Assembly (NCBI GenBank): GCA_030390025.1
Contig: CM059431.1
Span: 150,662,001-150,726,000 of the forward strand
DNA: 64,000 nucleotides
Direction of reading: 5' to 3'
DNA from: Squalus acanthias
Lineage: Eukaryota
Position numbers and translations under genes: made by a program. Below are positions 61,459 to 64,000 of this stretch, piece after piece; within the stretch, counting starts at the first letter, position 1; each line of letters opens with the position of its first letter. Below the pieces are notes generated by a model, which worked only from the letters and a program-made list of their open reading frames with translations, ran no database searches and was not told the origin of the DNA.

Positions 61459-64000
61459 CATAAGAACATAAGGAATAAGAGCAGGAGTAGGCCATACGGC
61501 CCCTCGAGCCTGCTCCACCATTCAATAAGGTCATCGCTCATCATCGAACTCAACTCCACTTTCCCGCCCGATCGCCATATCCCTTGATTCCCCTGGAGTC
61601 CAAAAATCAATCTATCTCAGCCCTGAATATACTCAAAGACTGAGCATTCACAGTCTTCTGGGGCAGAGAATTCCAAAGATTCACAATCCTCTGAGTGAAG
61701 AAATTCCTCCTCATCTCAGTCTTAAATGGCCTACCCCTTATCCTGAGACTATAGACCCTAGTTCTAGATACTCCAGCAAGGGGAAACAACCTGTCAGCAT
61801 CTACCCTCTCAATCCCCGTCCGAATCGTGTACGTTTCAATGAGATCACCTCTCATTCTTCTAAACTCCATAGAGTATAGGCCCATTCTACACAATCTCTC
61901 ATCTTAGGACACTCCTCTCATCCCAGGAATCAATCCAGTGAAACTTGGTTGCACCGCCTCCAAGGCAAGTTAATCCTTCCTTAGATAAGGAGACCAAAAC
62001 TGTGCACAGTACTCCAGGTGTGGTCTCCCCAAGGCCCTGTACAATTGTAGCAAGACTTCCTTACTCTTATACTCCAACCCCTTGCAATAAAGGCCAACAT
62101 GCCATTTGACGTCCTTATTGCTTGCTGTCCCTGTATGCTAGCTTTCTGTGTTTCTTGCACGAAGACACCCAAAACTCTATGAACAACAACATTTGAAAAT
62201 TTCTCACCAGTTAAAAAATATTGTGTTTTTCTATTCTTCCTACCGAAGTGAATAACCTCACATTTCACTACATTATACTCCATCTGCCACCTTACTGCGC
62301 ACTCACTTAGTCTATCTATATCCCTTTGCAGACTCCTTGTGTTCTCCTCACAGCTTACTGTCCCACCAAGCTTTGTATCATCAGCAAACTTGGTACATTA
62401 CACTCGGTCCCTTCATCTAGGTCATTAATATAGATTGTAAATAGCTGAGGCCCCATCACTGCTCCTTGCGGCACCCCACTAGTCACAGGCTGCCAACCTG
62501 AAAAAGACCCATTTATCCCTATCTCTGTTTTCTGTCCGTTAACAAATCCTCTATCCATGCTATTATATTATCCCCAACCCCATGAGTCCTAATCTTGTGT
62601 AATAACCTTTTATATCGCATCTTATCGAATGCCTTTTCTAAATACAAATATACTACATCCACTGGTTCCCCTTTATCTACCATGCTAGTTACATCCTCAA
62701 AAAACTCTAATAAATTTGTCAAACACGATTTCCCTTTCACAAAACCAAGTTGACTCTACCTAACCATGTTATGATTTTCTAAGTGCCCTGATACCACTTC
62801 CTTATAAATGGATTCCAGCATTTTCCCGACGACTGACGTCAGGCTAACTGGCCTGTAGTTCCCTTTTTTCTCTCTCACTCCTCTCTTGAATAGCGGTGTT
62901 ACACTTCCGACCTTCCAATCTGCTGGGATCATTCTAGAATCTAGGGAATTTTGGAAGATCAAAACCAATGCCTCCACTATCTCTTCAGACACCTTTTTAA
63001 GAACCCTAGGATGTCAGCTGTCAGGACCAAGGGATTTATTGGTTTTTAGTATCATTAGTTTCTCTCGTAATTATTCTCTACTGTTATTAATTACGTTAAG
63101 TTCCTCTCCCTCATTAGACCCTTGATTCCCCAACATTTTTGGTACGCTTTTTGTGTCTTCTACTGTGAAGACAGATACAAAATATTTGTTTAACGTTTCC
63201 GCCATTTCCTTATTCCCCATAATAATTTCTCCTTTCTAAGCCTCTAAGGGACCAACGTTTACTTTCGCCACTCTCTTCCATTTTATATACTTGTAGAAGC
63301 TCTTACAATCTGCTTTCATATTCCTTGCTAGTTTCTCTCATATTCTATTGTTTTACCTTTTTATCAATGTTTTGGTCATTCTTTGCTGGTTTCTGAAACT
63401 TTCCCAATCTTTAGATTTAACATTATTCTTCGCAACATTATAATCTTCTTCTTTCAATCTAATACTATCCTCAACTTCTTTAGTTAGCCACGGTTCGATC
63501 ACTTTTCCTGTGGAGTTTTTGTTCATCAATGGAATGTATTTTTGTTGAGATTTATGAAATATTTCTTTCAATGCACATCAGAGCTTATCTATTGCCATAC
63601 CTTTTGATCTATTTTTCAAATTTACCTTCGCCAACTCGCCCATCATACCTAATTGTCTGCATTTAAGTTTAAGGCTCTAATTTCCGACTTAGGCAAATCA
63701 CTCTCAAACTTAATGTGAAATTCTATCATATTATGAAAACTCTGCCCCAGAGGGTCCTTTACTATGAGGTTGCTAATTAACCCTGTCTCATTACACAATA
63801 CGAGATCTAAAATAGCTTAAAAGAACGTTTCAAGTCTGAGGAAGGATCATCGAGCTGAAACATTAACTCTGTTTCACTCTCCACTGATGCTGCCTGACCT
63901 GCTGAGTATTTCCAGCATTTTCTGTTTTTATCTAAAATAACCTATTCCCTTGTTGGTGCATGACGTATTGTTCCAGGAAACTGTCCAGGATGCATTCCAT
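61459..64000 (-). mobile_element. CR1 ORF2 and 3' end, running off the window
   Basis: CATAAGAA tail; NYRPVSLTS, GKSCLTNLLEFF, GVPQG and FRRMRGDLIE on the minus strand. Confidence 0.92.
63817..63929 (+). mobile_element. Short Penelope-derived/SINE-like insertion with a degenerate hammerhead motif
   Basis: CTGAGGA-AGGATCATCGAGCT-GAAACATT; flanked by ATCTAAAATAGC / ATCTAAAATAAC duplication within the CR1. Confidence 0.55.

Overview
Repeat-rich vertebrate genomic DNA, by inference from a cartilaginous fish (shark-type CR1 LINEs, DeuSINE/SacSINE1-like SINEs, GPR139-like receptor copies). It is not prokaryotic and has no CRISPR array. Host genes: one apparently intact two-exon core-2 beta-1,6-GlcNAc-transferase (GCNT3-like, 1357-5895) and two head-to-head, two-exon GPR139-like GPCR pseudogenes (minus strand 31885-34156; plus strand 55472-57275). 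Each GPCR copy has a 26-bp minisatellite array just upstream of its promoter, and the arrays face opposite ways, so 31.7-57.5 kb is an inverted duplication of a satellite-promoter-GPCR unit. Mobile DNA includes a three-level nest (CR1 in CR1, with a near-complete Gypsy LTR element inside; 5-bp TSD; PBS complementary to its own LTR) and a Penelope fragment with a minimal hammerhead motif. It also includes several MITEs, a viral-fusion-protein-like fragment, and a 9.3-kb hAT/Charlie-type element (TIRs plus 8-bp TSD; empty site present in a duplicate copy) with no recognisable transposase but several tRNA-derived sequences. All family assignments are from motif recognition and recalled consensus sequences; no database search was run.
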